In this document: positions 27,351 through 42,288 of the stretch, piece after piece
How the letters are laid out: every line of letters begins with the position of its first letter
Numbering within the stretch: position 1 is the first letter of the stretch
Origin: the human T2T-CHM13v2.0 reference genome, Homo sapiens
NCBI RefSeq assembly: GCF_009914755.1
Contig: NC_060936.1
Direction: 5' to 3' (one strand)
Length of the DNA stretch: 64,000 bases
Program-made: the position numbers and the translations under genes
Notes under the pieces: model-generated
Told to the model about the DNA's origin: nothing
What the model saw: the letters and a program-made list of their open reading frames with translations, nothing else
Database searches by the model: none

Positions 27351-28652
27351 AGGTAAGGGGAAAATCAGAAAGTTGAGATTCACTCAAATTCTCATTTTTT
27401 TTTAATTAGAAAGAGAAGATAGGATTTCACCTTGCAAGACAATAGGGATGATGTCATCTGTATTTACTCTGTTCCCTTTCTTAGCTTTAGATCACTTGAT
27501 GTGCTCAATTTATGGTAGGTGGCAGAGACTGGGAATTTAGGATATTTTTCCCCCTTTTAGTTGGAAGAGTTGAGGAGGAGAGAACTGGCCATAGCTCATT
27601 GGACATTTATAGACTGAGAACAGGCTGGAGGAAAAAGAGAAAGCTTTGATACCCAGGAATATTTATTGAAGAGAATTACTTTGTAAAAAGATCACTGAAA
27701 CATGACTGTTTATTATGTGCAAGGCACTGCATGCAGTAACACAATGAACATTCTCTGAAAGAAGAAACCATCTTTGTAATTCAAACTCTACTGCAGTCAA
27801 GTTTAATGAAGTGACTCTTATTTAAGTCCCTATTACATGATCCATGTAGGAAATTTCTGTTAGGATTTGGTACTAGCATTAACTGTGTCTTCTTTGAGAA
27901 GCATCACCTGTCTTTTCCTTTTATAGAATAATACTAGATAACATCCTTAGACATCTCCCATGTGCCAGGCACTATGCCCAACACTTCACCTACATTTTCT
28001 CAGGGTGTTCTTACAATGTCTCTTTGAAGAAAGTACTGTCATCATTCCACCAGTGAGGCTAAGTAACAGTCCCTTAAATTTTCCACTCCTTAGTGCCAGA
28101 AAGCTTAGAGCAAAATTTTAAGCCCAATCACAGCAACTCACTGACCTCTCCTTTTGTAAACAAAACAACAAACAAACAACAGTGGAAAAGACATGTATTT
28201 TGCCTTACTTATAATCAGAACTCTTAAACACTCAAGTAGAATGACTCAATTTTAGTTTAGGCTACTGTTGTATATCAGCTGACTTATTTTTCACTCTATT
28301 TTCTCCTTTCAACTTTTTTCATCCTTAAAAATAGTTGCATTCATCCTGTCTTGTGATTTTTTTGAATATTTAGTGATTTTTAAAAAGAAATAGGGTACAA
28401 AAATCGAATTTTATACTTAATTCCATTTGTATAGTGCCATTCTATTACAGTTATGTGTTGAGTTCCTAATTTAAATCCTAGACTTTTGATATATTCACTA
28501 AATATACGATGACACAAATATCTACTATCACTTATGCTCCCTTAGGTCAGGTCTCTTTATACATATAGTAACATTTGCAACCATGTAACATATTTTACAT
28601 ACATGTTTCTGGGAAGGAACCATATAAGATATTTACATAATTAAAAAATTGA

Positions 28653-28953
<301 letters not shown>

Positions 28954-31144
28954 TGATGTTTAAATTGCAATTTGGAGTAAACATAATTATGAGGAAAAAA
29001 TTTAATGCTGCATATATTACTTTTCCTGGTAGATTTTTGGTTTGGGAAAGCCTTTTCTAAAAATCCAGACTGAATAATTTCCTTCGTTGTTAAAATATGG
29101 AATTATGAAATAGTTCTTTATGCATCTAAAATAACATTTGGCCTTAATTCTTATGTCCTGTAGAATTTCCATTCAGAAATTTGAATGTAAGCTGGCATAA
29201 CATGATGTTCAGATGACTTTCAGGCTGTTTATGTGTATACAACTTATTTGGCCAACTGTTCTTGCTCAACTTGAGTAAATGTTATTTACCTCCCTCCTAA
29301 GAGATGAGGACACTGACCTTAATTTTCTCAAGTTTTAGATTTAACTTTGATACATGCAATAAGAATGATAATTTATAAGAAAGAGCACTTTCTTATGTTA
29401 ATCATTAGTCATTAGGGTAACTAAGGATGAGTAACATTTTCATGTTTTGGCATTAGATGAATTAGATTTTTGAGAAGTTGATAAGAGAGACAAATTGCGT
29501 TAAACTCCAAGATTTTCCCAATCAAAACTAATTTGGAGGCATTTTTCTAAATTTAGAGTAAGTTGGAAGCCTTATGTGTTGGAGTGGATTGTAAATATTT
29601 AACAACAATTTCAGTCAACCACTGGTCTACCAGGGTGCGAAACCTTCTATAGGTCTCCAAATTATGATTCTGGGACTAAGTGACCCATCACTCAGATCCC
29701 TCTCTAACAAAATGTAAGCAAGTTTTTCTCATATTTACTTTGAAATAGCAGTTAAATAAATGAACAAATAATTTGTTCTATTAATACTTACTGATAACCC
29801 TCTATGTGCAAAGCACAACATTGGTCCTTTAGGGATAAAAATATGCATCAAACTTCGCACTCAAAGAGCTTAGAGTTTAAGGGGGAAAATTAGACATGTT
29901 CACAAAATACATAAGGCCCTAACAGAGGAGCAGATAAAGGGCCTTGCCTGGGACTTCAGAATTTATCATTTATATGCTGAATCCCCAAAAATATTTGACA
30001 TGACCAAATTAAAAGTGATTAGCCATAGAGTTTGAAACCCAACAAAAAAGAAACAAATACAAACCCCCTATGTGCTTGTGGTAGAAAACACATTAAAAAT
30101 ATATAACTAGTTTATTGAACCTTGTGAACTCCAGTCACTTCTGCTGTGTTACAGTGAGTCTCTTCCTCACATTGCTTAATAATACCTTGTATTTATCCCA
30201 TTTTTCCAGGCACTTTTAGTTATTAAACACTATGTCTGGCCCAGTGTGAAGCATTGACCTCATATCCAATTCCATGGACATCTCTTTCCCTTTCCCCAGC
30301 ACTAGCCAGGCTTAGGCCTCAAAGACTCCTTTTATCCTTTTCTCAGTTGGGAGGAGAGATGGCAGGATTGGGAGGGATACAGTTTGCCACTGGGTCACCT
30401 CCTCCCCTTCTTTTTTTTGGGTCTTTGATGGGTCCCTAAGGTGTATTGAGTGAGCTGGGAGGAAGCACAGAAGAATTGCATCCTTGAATTATATAACGGG
30501 CTGCCTTTGGTGTTGGGAAGGCTGCCTGGTCTTCCATGGGCTGAGATTGGTCTGTCCATTGCTGGTGGCTTCCATTCATATGTTTTCTGTGGTGATAGTG
30601 AATATTGTTTTACTGGGGGAGTGCTTGGCTTCAAAGGAGTAGGGCATCTTTGGGCTTCATGGGGGCTGTGGTGCCAGCCTTCTTTCCTAGTGGAGGGACT
30701 GGCAGCTCCACAGCTCATGTCTTCACCTCTGTGCTTTTTCACATGGGCTCCTGGGAGCCTCTCTGCTGTTCTTCGTGCCCGTAGAGAGCGTGAGGGGACT
30801 GTGTGTGGCGTTGCTGTCCATCGTCATCTGAGACACACTATGACATGTCCCTTTTTGCCTTGTAGGAACAGCTGCTCTAGCATGCCTCCTTTCTTTGGAA
30901 ATATGTAATCCAGAAGCAGGCCAAAGTGTCTAAGTTCACATATGTCCCGAACACATATCATGCTCCCTCACGAAGACCATCATTTTATTCTAATGGTAGG
31001 AGCACCTGCTTGGGTGCTCTAGTCCCATAAGCACCCTGCCAGGGAGTGAGGGAGTGACCTCCTTTCCTACAGGTGAGCGATTCCCTGGGGGTTCTGCCTC
31101 ACTTGGCTTCAGGATGCAGAAACCCCCATTTATGTTTATTCTTT

Positions 31145-31210
31145 TTTTTGTTTGTAATTTTAATTTTTAAGTTCTGGGGTACATGTGCAGGAAGTGCATG
31201 TTACATAGGA
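31145..31210 (-). mobile_element. ~65-bp L1PA 3'-end fragment
   Basis: ttttaagttctggggtacatgtgcagg; 18-bp TSD cattta(tg/cc)tttattcttt at 31127-31144 and 31211-31228. Confidence 0.8.
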
Positions 31211-33079
31211 CATTTACCTTTATTCTTTATCACCTGGGTCATCTCTTCCATTCATTTCTCTTTCTCTTTGTTGTCTGCTTATTTGAATTAGAGTTGTGGT
31301 GGGTTTAGGATCTGGTGGCAGAACCAACTTAGCTGCTGTTTAATCAACCCGAGATGGTGTTTGCCTCCATTTTTTGACTCCTTTAGGATGCTGTACTTAA
31401 TTACTTAATACATTTGTCCTCAATTTCGGGTTCTGGTTGTTAATCCTAGGGCAATGGACAAAAATGTCACTTAACATCATGTTAAATAGAGAAAGAATTA
31501 AATGTCACCTGCTTCCATACCTAGCTGTGGCTATTTTGTCATTTAAAATTCTTTTTTTTAATAGCAATATAAGAATGGCAAAAAATTTTTTTTAAACTAA
31601 ACAGTTTCTTTTTAAAGTCATTATAGTTTTACATACACAGTTTATTCAATTTTCTCTCATGGTTTTTAAGATTAGAAGTGTTATAAAAATCATTTCCTCA
31701 TGCTATTGCGAATGACTTATAAAAATAGTGTCCAGTGCAGAAAACTTTGCATTGTGTATTTGACATTGATCATTTCACTCGACAATTAATCATTACTTAA
31801 TCATTTCATAATTTTGGATCATTTAGATGGTTTCAGATAAAAAATATTGTAAATAATGCTGAGAAGAATAGCATTTGACATACATTTTCCCCCCTCTATC
31901 TTGGATTATTCCATTTGTATGAGCAATAACTACTTTATGAATGACAGCTGGAGTTACTGAGCTTAGTTTCTCAGAACCTTGGAAAACATTTTGTATTAAA
32001 TACAGATGTAATTTTGTATTGGTTATCTTTTCTAAATGGCACCACCTCTGACCCTGGGAGAGATGTTAAATTCTTCCTTTTGGTTTTAGCTAGGCTATGT
32101 CTCTAAGCTAATTTTGAGTGGAATATTTTTATGATTTAATATTTTATTTTCATGGTTTGGCAGCAAGTGATATATTTATTTCTGTGCTGGGATTTTGGCA
32201 AAAGCTTTCTGAAAATCTCAGAGTTATGTCAACCAATTTACACTTTCTGTGATCCAAGACCAAGATCACTTCCCTGAATTCCAACAACTTGGTAAATTTT
32301 GGGGAGCTTCGTGAATGCCTTTTGTGGAAACCATAGTGGAGGTCCCTGATTAGGCTTCCTTCTTTAATTAGTTCACCTAGCAGCATAAACCTAAACATTT
32401 ATCCTTTTTTTGGGTTATAGCCAGAACTTTTATTTAATAAATGCCTTCTTGTCAGAGTCTGAAATGAAACAAAAAATTGGAAAAGATAATGGCAAAGGTC
32501 TTTGTTTTATGTGATGGCACACAGGTGGGCCAGGTGTGTACAGCTTATCAGGGAACTGAAAGAATGAGCAGAATGAACATATTTTTAGGGCATGAACTGC
32601 ACAACAGTTGATCTCGGAAGTGGACAGCTACCAGAGGTGGATGCTTTACTGCCCATCTCTCTCCCTTTTAGTTCGAGGGAAGAATAGGGAGGACACTAAG
32701 CACTGAGTATAAGCAAATGGATTTCTAAAATAGAGACCTCTTGCAGCACACATCTACTATTAATATAAATTAACTCACAAGGATCCTTACTGTTAAATTC
32801 CTTTGTACCCACTTCCTGGGGATTCACATTCACAAGGTAGTGCATTCCTGATGATAATGAAATGTAAACACCAATATCATTATGTGGCTTAGCATCAACT
32901 AGAATTGCAGTTGCTGGTTGAGTAGACTGGCCGAGATGGATTGGGTTATAGCACAAATGGACAGATCTTAAAAGATACTTGGCCTTAGGATCCTTTGTTA
33001 GTGAGTAAGCTGAATTAACGGGGTTATCATGAAATAGTGTGGGAAGTAAATAAGAATTGCCTGACGAGCCAGAGAATGC

Positions 33080-34010
33080 AAGAACATAGTTGCAAACTAT
33101 ACATCTGATAAAGATCTAATATTCAGAATCCATAAGAAACTTACACAATTCAAGAAGCAAAAAACAAATAATCCCTTGAAAAAGTAGGCAAAGGGCATGA
33201 ACAGACTTTACAAAGGAAGACATAAAAACAGCCAACAAACATATGAAAAATGTTCCACGTCACTAATTGTCAGAGAAATGCAAATGAAAATCACAATGAG
33301 ATATCATCTCACATTAGTCAGAATGGCTATTACTAAAAAGTCAAAAAACAACAGATGCTGGTGAGGCTGTGGAGAAAAGGGAACACTTATACACTGTTGG
33401 TGGAAATATAAATTAGTTCAGCCACTGTGGAAAGCAGTTTGGAGATTTCCCAAGAACTTAAAACAGAATTACCATTTGACTCAGCAATCCCATTACTGGG
33501 TGTAATTCAAAAGTAAACAAATCATTTTACCAAAAAGTTTCATGTGTTCATTGCAGCACTATCCACAATAGCAAAGACATGGATCAACCTAGGTGCCTAT
33601 CAATGGTAGATCAGATAATGTGATACATATACACTATGGAATATTATGCAGCCATAAAAAATCAAAATCATGTGCTTTGCAGCAACACAGATGCAGCTGG
33701 AAGCCACCATCCTAAGCAAATTAACACAGGATCAGGAAACTAAATGCTGTATATTCTCATGTATAAGTGGGAGCAAAACATTGGGTACATATGGATATAA
33801 AGATGGGAATAATAGACGCTGGGGACTACTAGAGGGAGGAGAGGGGGACCGGAGCAAGGGCTGAGAAACTAACTATTGGGTGCTATGCTCACTACCTGGG
33901 TGACGGGATAATTTGTACCCAAAACCTCAACATATCACCCAATATACCAATGTAACAAATCTACACATGTACCCCCTGAATCTAAACTTCAAGTTGAAGT
34001 TATTAAAGAA
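33080..34010 (+). mobile_element. 5'-truncated L1 (L1PB/late L1PA) 3' end
   Basis: ORF2 C-terminus (MQLEATILSKLTQ) and 3'UTR ending catgtacccctgaatctaaa. Confidence 0.88.
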
Positions 34011-34089
34011 AATGACCTAAGTATTATAAAAGCAAACAAATGAAAAAAGAAATCTACTCAACTTTTGTTGTTGATTGTTGATTGTTGTT

Positions 34090-34468
34090 GGTTGGTTGGT
34101 TAGGCTTTGTGTCCCCACCCAAATCTCATCTTGAATTATAATCCCCATAATCTCCATGTGTCAAGGGAAAGACCAGGTGGAGGTGATTTAATCATGGGAT
34201 GGTTTCTCCCATGCTTTTCTCATGATACTGAGTAAGTTCTTGTGAGATCTGATGGTTTTAAAAGGGGCTCATCCCCTTTCGCTTGGTCCTTCTCCTTCCT
34301 GCTGCCTTGTAAAGAAGTTGCCTTGCTTCCCTTTCACCTTCCATTGTGATTGTAAGTTTCCTGAGGCCTCCCCAGCCATGCTGAACTATTAGTCAATTAA
34401 ACCTCTTTCCTTTATAAATGACCCAGTCTTGGGCAGTTCTTTATAGCAGTATGAAAACAGATTAATAA
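34090..34468 (+). mobile_element. MaLR solo LTR (THE1D/MSTA-like)
   Basis: gtgtccccacccaaatctcatcttgaatt...gtcaattaaacctctttcctttataaat. Confidence 0.9.
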
Positions 34469-37400
34469 AGTGGTGTTCACTAGCTCCTAATTAATGTGTG
34501 AAGTGCAAGAAGTTATTTATTGGAAGTGCTTAATAAATATATGTATATGTGCTTAAAAATAAAAATAAATAAATAGCTCAACCAGAGTTGGAGGTTGGGG
34601 AATTCTGAACCATCTTTGTTCTGGAATGCTGCCCAGTACAAAAACCTTTGTCTTGCTCAAATAAACTTTGTTAAAAAAAAACAAAAAAACAAAAAAACCG
34701 GCTTGATGATTTGGACCTTAAATTGGGATAGCTGGCTAATGTCATTTCCTAAGACTGATGGGGGAATAAAATAGTAGAGATTGCACAACAGCAGGCTGGG
34801 TCTACAGAGAGGAGAGAATCCAAAAAGAATAAACAGGAGGCATAATGGAAGAAAACTGCAGGAAATTAGAATGGTCAACATTTTGGCTCAAGCCAAGAGA
34901 ACTAACCAGGTTGTTTTCTCAGGATAACTTTGTGTTTCTCTTGGGAAAGTGACATCAGGAAGGAGAAACCCAAACTCAGCTTTTTTCCTATATCTTGAGA
35001 ACTTCTGTGGATCTTATAAGTCTCTTCAGTTTAAGGAACATTATCTTTTCATTTGATTTTGATAGGCTAAATAAACCACACTACTTAAAGACTTAAATAA
35101 AGACTTAAAAATAATATTATACATTTATATGTCATTCGGTTAAAGCAGAGCTGACCCAAGATGAAACAAAATGAGCTTCCCCTACCGCATTGAGGATCAG
35201 CTTAATTCTCTTGAGCTTCTTCTTTTCTCTCCTAATGAGGAAAGATAGCTGAGGAGACTGATACATTGGAAGATCCTTCTATAGGTTTGTTGAGAGAAGA
35301 CTAAACTAGAATACGTATATCAGAATCAGGCTGATGTAGAAGTGATATTGGAAATCTGATTATGGACACTTTGCTGCCTTTGATAGAAAGCTATAGGTGG
35401 TTTCGGCAAAGTCAGGCGAGCCATGTTAATGAAGCAACCTTCTCTTCCTATAGTCTCTTGCCCAACTTGAACTCCTTAGGTTTGGGCTCTAAATTTTAGA
35501 AGAAGGATCACCTTACAAGGAGATGGGACAATACTTATCCTCTCATGACTACTCTGGAGTAAAATATTTGGAAAACAAACAAGCATTATAAAAGGAGGCC
35601 TTTTTCTAAGTAAAAGTTGAGAGAGTGTAGGACTAGAGGAAACTCCAGGGACAACTGAAAGACAGAAGGTCTCCACATTTTCCTGTTGGTGTGGTATGTG
35701 CGTCTGCTATAACCACTGCTGTGCCCATGCCTCCTGCTGGCCATCATCAAGACAGATCGTGATATACCAACTAATTAACATTTAAGAGGGACAAGAAAAA
35801 AAATTAAATCCTTCACAAAATATAGAACACATGAGAATTATATTTAAAAATGAGATAAAGTATTTTAACGGCCCAAAGAAAAAGCTCAAATAATGATGAA
35901 AATTTTTGTAGAATTTGTTGAATTTAAAAATAAATGGGCAAAAAGGCTTAAAAATAAGATAAAATTAGAGAGAATGACCAGATCATGTATTTTTTTAAAA
36001 ATAAAGGCAGTCAAAACTAATAGAAAAAAAGATGAGAAAAAGACTGATAAAGAAACAAAAATGATTAAGCATAATTGTGTGATTTAAAAGAAAAAAGTAA
36101 AAGCAAAAATCTTGAGATGGAAGGTAAACACACAGAAAAAATTGAGTAGCATAGTAGAGCAATAAGCTAAAATAATGCTGAGATATAGAGATATTTTTCA
36201 AAAGACAAAGTATAACTTGAGTAAAATAGGAATCAATTGACCAACCAGCTGGAAGCCAGCAAGTGGCAGAAATCCTCAGCAAAATTCTATGGGTTGGAAA
36301 CAATATTTTGTAGAGTGAGGGTCAATTTAATAGAGTCCCTAGTGGGTAGAGATCAGAGAGAGAAAGAGAACTCTGTGCTCATAGACTCCTGCCCATCAGC
36401 ACACCTTCGGCACCAGAGCCCACATCAGGATTTCTCAGCAATTAGGAGCATGAGGTCAGGGCCCTGGGGCAGACTGCCTCAGCTGTGTGTGTGGGTCCTG
36501 GGCCCTGTAAACTCCACTCCGAATTTAGGTGGTGCAGATGTACTTAATCTTTGATTATCCATAGTCATGGAAGAAAGGATTAGTTTGTGTAATTAAAATA
36601 ATTTGTATTTGGCTCTCGGGTGTGTGTGTGTGTTTTTTAATTAAAAAAAAATTATTCCACATCCCTCCCTTAATCTCTCCCCAGAGGTCACTGCTGTTAA
36701 GACTTACTTTCCTGTATGTAATTCTTGACCCTTTTCTGTGAATTTAAAACATTTATAAATATATGCTTGTAGAATTTTACACATAAATTGTTATAGCTAA
36801 CATAAATATTTACAATATGCTAAGTACTGTAGATAGAATATATTAATCTGTGTCATGGACTTTATATGCATTAATTCATTTAATTCCTGTAGTATTTTTA
36901 TTTTTATTTTAAAGATGAGGGAATTGAGGGAAATGAGATTTCATAACTTGTCTTAGACTACCTTGCAAGGGGGAAATGGAACCAGGATGTGCACTTAGAG
37001 TCCCAACTCTTAAGCATTATGATGATTTTCTACTTCACTAATTCGGATAATGCTATACCAACTTTTTACAACTTATTTTCACTCTTAGTGACCTATCATG
37101 GAGATCTTTCTATGTGACTACGTATAGATCTACTTTATTCTTTAAGTTGCTGTATTCTACTGTATATCATAAGTTATTTAATTATTTCCCTATTTATGAG
37201 CATTTAGGTAGTTTCCAATTCTGACTACTGGGCACATTCATTTCTTTCAACAGATGTTTATGGAGTACCTACAATGTGCTAGGCCTTCTTCTTGGTGTTA
37301 AGGAATCAACAGTGAACAAAACAGACAAAGCCTGTAATGTCATAGGATGTATTTTCTAGTTGTAGAAGTAGTAATGAAGTAACTGTATTATCTATAGCAA

Positions 37401-37628
37401 AACAAGTAAATCTATAGGGCAATGAAGAGTAAAGGAATAGATGCTATGGGGGTGCCATTGTATATGGTATAACAAAGTGATTGATCACTAATATTTTTCC
37501 TTATTTAAAACAATGTGTTTTTTTCAGAATTATAGACTCGCTAGAAGTTGCAAAAATAGTAAGAGGTCCCATGTGCACTTTGTCCAGCTTCCCCAATGGT
37601 CACATGTTACATAACTATAGTACAATAT

Positions 37629-37781
37629 TGACATAGTTTGGCTGTGTCCTCACCCAAATCTCATCTTGAATTGTAGTTCCCATAATCCCCATGTGTGGTG
37701 GAGGGGATGCAGTGGGAGGTAACTGAACCATGGGGGTGATTTCCTCCATCCTATTCTTGTGATAGTGAGTAAGTTCTCAGA
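37629..37781 (+). mobile_element. THE1-type LTR, 5' ~150 bp only
   Basis: tgacatagtttggctgtgtcctcacccaaatctc...gtgagtaagttctca then an abrupt end. Confidence 0.85.
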
Positions 37782-37844
37782 CTTGTTTTTATTGACTTGC
37801 TCTGGCTGCTGTGTGGAAGCAGGCAAACCAGTTGGGGTGTGAGG

Positions 37845-38293
37845 CTATGGATTGTTCCCAATTATTCCTTTCCTAAAGGAGGATTATGTGTCCTGACTTG
37901 TTGCTGTGTGATATGCAGAGACACCCTGTTGGAGGATTACCCCCACTATCCCACCCACCCATCCATCAAATTGTCAAGCTTAGACCATGTAATACTTGTT
38001 TAATAGAATGTTTATAGTATGTTTTGTTTAATAGAATGTGTGGAGACATGACCTATGAAAAGCCTTACATTAGATTACATGGTTCAGCTTCACCCCTTGG
38101 TTCTGTTTGTTGCCAAGAGAATAACAGATAGGAGATTCTCTTTCATGCTGCATCTTGGAATGAGAAGACATATGAAGAAGACCACAGCCTGTAGCAAATC
38201 TTCAGCTTATATATAACATAATGAGAAATAAATGTTTGTTATTGTAAGCCATTAGGATGTTAGGGTTTATTATTGCAGCAAAGATGACTAATA
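37845..38293 (+). mobile_element. Old MLT1 LTR within L2 remnants
   Basis: 3' end gagaaataaatgtttgttattgtaagcca...gcagcaaagatgactaata. Confidence 0.65.
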
Positions 38294-38689
38294 AAGAGAT
38301 CTATTGCAGTAAGCTAGATAATGGTGGTTTGGACTAGGGTAGTAGCAACACTTTTGTACATATAAATTATTTGGATATGATTGCTGGTTCAAACAACATG
38401 TGCATACTGTCAGTTTGTCCTAAAAATTATCCTCAATCTACACAACTATCAATTGTGCAAGAAAATGCCTGTTTTCTTACATATTTTTCATTTTTCTCTA
38501 ATCTGAGAGGTAAAATGTGATCTCACTGTTATTATATGCATTTCCACGATTCCTAGTGATATTGAGCATCTTTGCATATTTCTTTTTTAGCTCTTCTTCC
38601 TAGCTTGAGAGATTAGGTTATTATCTAATACCATCCTACTTTTCCACACTTCTCCCATTTCTGCTGTTATTCTCCAGTTTAATAATATA

Positions 38690-38845
38690 TTTGATTGAGC
38701 ATCTACTGCATGCCAGGGAGAGCCCTCAATCTTTTACATATATTACCTAATTTAACTCTCACAAAAATCTTGTAGGTAACATAACAATTTATATTATTGC
38801 CACCTTTATGCATGAGAAATCTGAGGCCTGAAGCTAAGAAGCAAT
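38690..38845 (-). mobile_element. MIR fragment (L1 insertion target)
   Basis: ttgagcatctactgcatgccagg...tttaactctcacaa...atgagaaatctgaggc. Confidence 0.7.
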
Positions 38846-39299
38846 TTAAGGTGGAGCCAAGATGGCCGAATAGGAAGAGCTCCAGTCTACAGCTCCCAGC
38901 ATGAACAACGCAGCAGATGGGTGATTTCTGCATTTCCAACAGAGGTACCGGGTTCATCTCACTGAGGAGTGCTGGACAGTGGGTGCAGGACAGTGGGTGC
39001 AGCGCACCGTGCATGAGCCAAAGCGGTGCGAGGCATAGCCTCACCCGGGAAGCACAAGGGGTCAGGGAATTCCCTTTCCTAGTCAAAGAAAGGGGTGACA
39101 GATGGCACCTGGAAAATGGGGTCACTCCCACCCTAATACTGCGCTCTTCCAACGGGCTTAACAAATGGCACACCAGGAGATTATATCCCGCACATGGCTC
39201 GGAGGGTCCTACGCCCATGGAGCCTCGCTCATTGCTAGCACAGCAGTCTGAGATCAAACTGCAAGGTGGCAGTGAGGCTGGGGGATGGGCGCCTGCCAT
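38703..39299 (-). CDS. ORF0: L1 antisense ORF0, extended to 198 aa and running into the flanking MIR (expression unknown)
   Basis: N-terminus MAGAHPPASLPPCSLISDCCASN matches L1 ORF0; open frame in the ORF track. Confidence 0.55.
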   Translation of the reverse strand: MAGAHPPASLPPCSLISDCCASNERGSMGVGPSEPCAGYNLLVCHLLSPLEERSIRVGVTPFSRCHLSPLSLTRKGNSLTPCASRVRLCLAPLWLMHGALHPLSCTHCPALLSEMNPVPLLEMQKSPICCVVHAGSCRLELFLFGHLGSTLNCFLASGLRFLMHKGGNNINCYVTYKIFVRVKLGNICKRLRALPGMQ

Positions 39300-39874
39300 T
39301 GCTCAGGCTTGAGTAGGTAAACAAAGTGGCCGGGAAGCTCAAACTGGTTGGAGGCCCCACAGCTCAAGGAGGCCTGCCTGCCTCTGTAGGCTCCACCTCT
39401 GGGGGCAGGGCACAGACAAACAAAAAGACAGCAATAACCTCTGCAGACTTAAATGTCCCTGTCTGACAGCTTTGAAGAGAGTAGTGGTTCTCCCAGCACG
39501 CAGCTTGAGATCTGAAAACGGGCAGACTGCCTCCTCAAGAGGGTCCCTGACTCCCAAGTAGCCTAACTGGGGGGCACCCCCCAGTAGGGGCAGACTGACA
39601 CCTCACATGGCTGGGTACTCCTCTGAGACAAAACTTCCAGAGGAACGATCAGGCAGCAGCATTTGCGGTTCACCAATATCCACTGTTCTGCAGCCGCCGC
39701 TGCTGATACCCAGGCAAACAGGGTCGGGAGTGGACCTCCAGTAAACTCCAACAGACCTGCAGCTAAGGGTCCTGATGGCTAGAAGGAAAACTAACAAACA
39801 GAAAGGACATCCACACCAAAAAACCATCTGTACGTCACCATCATCAAAGACCAAAGGTAGATAAAACCACAAAG

Positions 39875-40888
39875 ATGGGGAAAAAACAGAGCAGAAAAAC
39901 CGGAAACTCTAAAAATCAGAGTGCCTCTCCTCCAAAGGAATGCAGCTCCTCACCAGCAATGGAACAAAGCTGGATGGAGAATGACTTTGACAAGTTGAGA
40001 GAGGAAGGCTTCAGAAGATCAAACTACTCCAAGCTAAAGGAGGAAGTTTGAACCAATGGCAAAGAAGTTAAAAACTTTGAAAAAAAATTAGATGAATGGA
40101 TAACTAGAATAACCAATGCAGAGAAGTCCTTAAAGGACCTGATGGAGCTGAAAACCACGGCACGAGAACTATGTGACGAATGCACAAGGCTCAGTAGCTG
40201 ATGCAATCAACTGGAAGAAAGGGTATCAGCGATGGAAGATGAAATGAATGAAATGAAGTGTGAAGAGAAGTTTAGAGAAAAAAGAATAAAATGAAACGAA
40301 CAAAGCCTCCAAGAAATATGGGACTATGTGAAAAGACCAAATCTACGTCTAATTGGTGTACCTGAAAGTGATGGGGAGAAGGGAACCAAGTTGGAAAACA
40401 CTCTGCAGGATATTATCCAGGAGAACTTCCCCAATCTAGCAAGGCAGGCCAACATTCAAATTCAGGAAATACAGAGAATGCCACAAAGATACTCCTCGAG
40501 AAGAGCAACTCCAAGACACATAATTGTCAGATTCACCAAAGTTGAAATGAAGGAAAAAATGTTAAGGGCAGCCAGAGAGAAAGGTCGGGTTACCCACAAA
40601 GGGAAGCCCATCAGACTAACAGCTGATCTCTCGGCAGAAACTCTACAAGCCAGAAGAGAGTGGGGGCCAATATTCAACATTCTTAAAGAAAATAATTTTC
40701 AACCCAGAATTTTATATCCAGCCAAACTAAGCTTCATAAGTGAAGGAGAAATAAAATCCTTTACAGACAAGCAAATGCTGAGAGATTTTGTCACCACCAG
40801 GCCAGCCCTGAAAGAGCTCCTGAAGGAAGCACTAAACATGGAAAGGAACAACCAGTACCAGCCACTGCAAAAACATACCAAATTGTAA
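39875..40888 (+). pseudogene. L1 ORF1p, disrupted
   Basis: ATG at 39875; premature TGAs at about 40048, 40199 and 40292; RRM/CTD part open (RPNLRLIGVPE, REKG, YPAKLS). Confidence 0.93.
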
Positions 40889-40951
40889 AGACCATCAAGG
40901 CTAGGAAGAAACTGCATCAACTAATGAGCAAAATAACCAGCTAACATCATA

Positions 40952-42288
<1,337 letters not shown>

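Noticed and set aside
30450-30908. 152-aa plus-strand ORF in apparently non-repeat DNA
   Set aside because: GTG start, no recognisable domain, overlapping opposite-strand ORF and no exon context; consistent with chance
35500-36240. A-rich stretch possibly from an ancient L1 ORF1/HAL1
   Set aside because: Too diverged to call by eye
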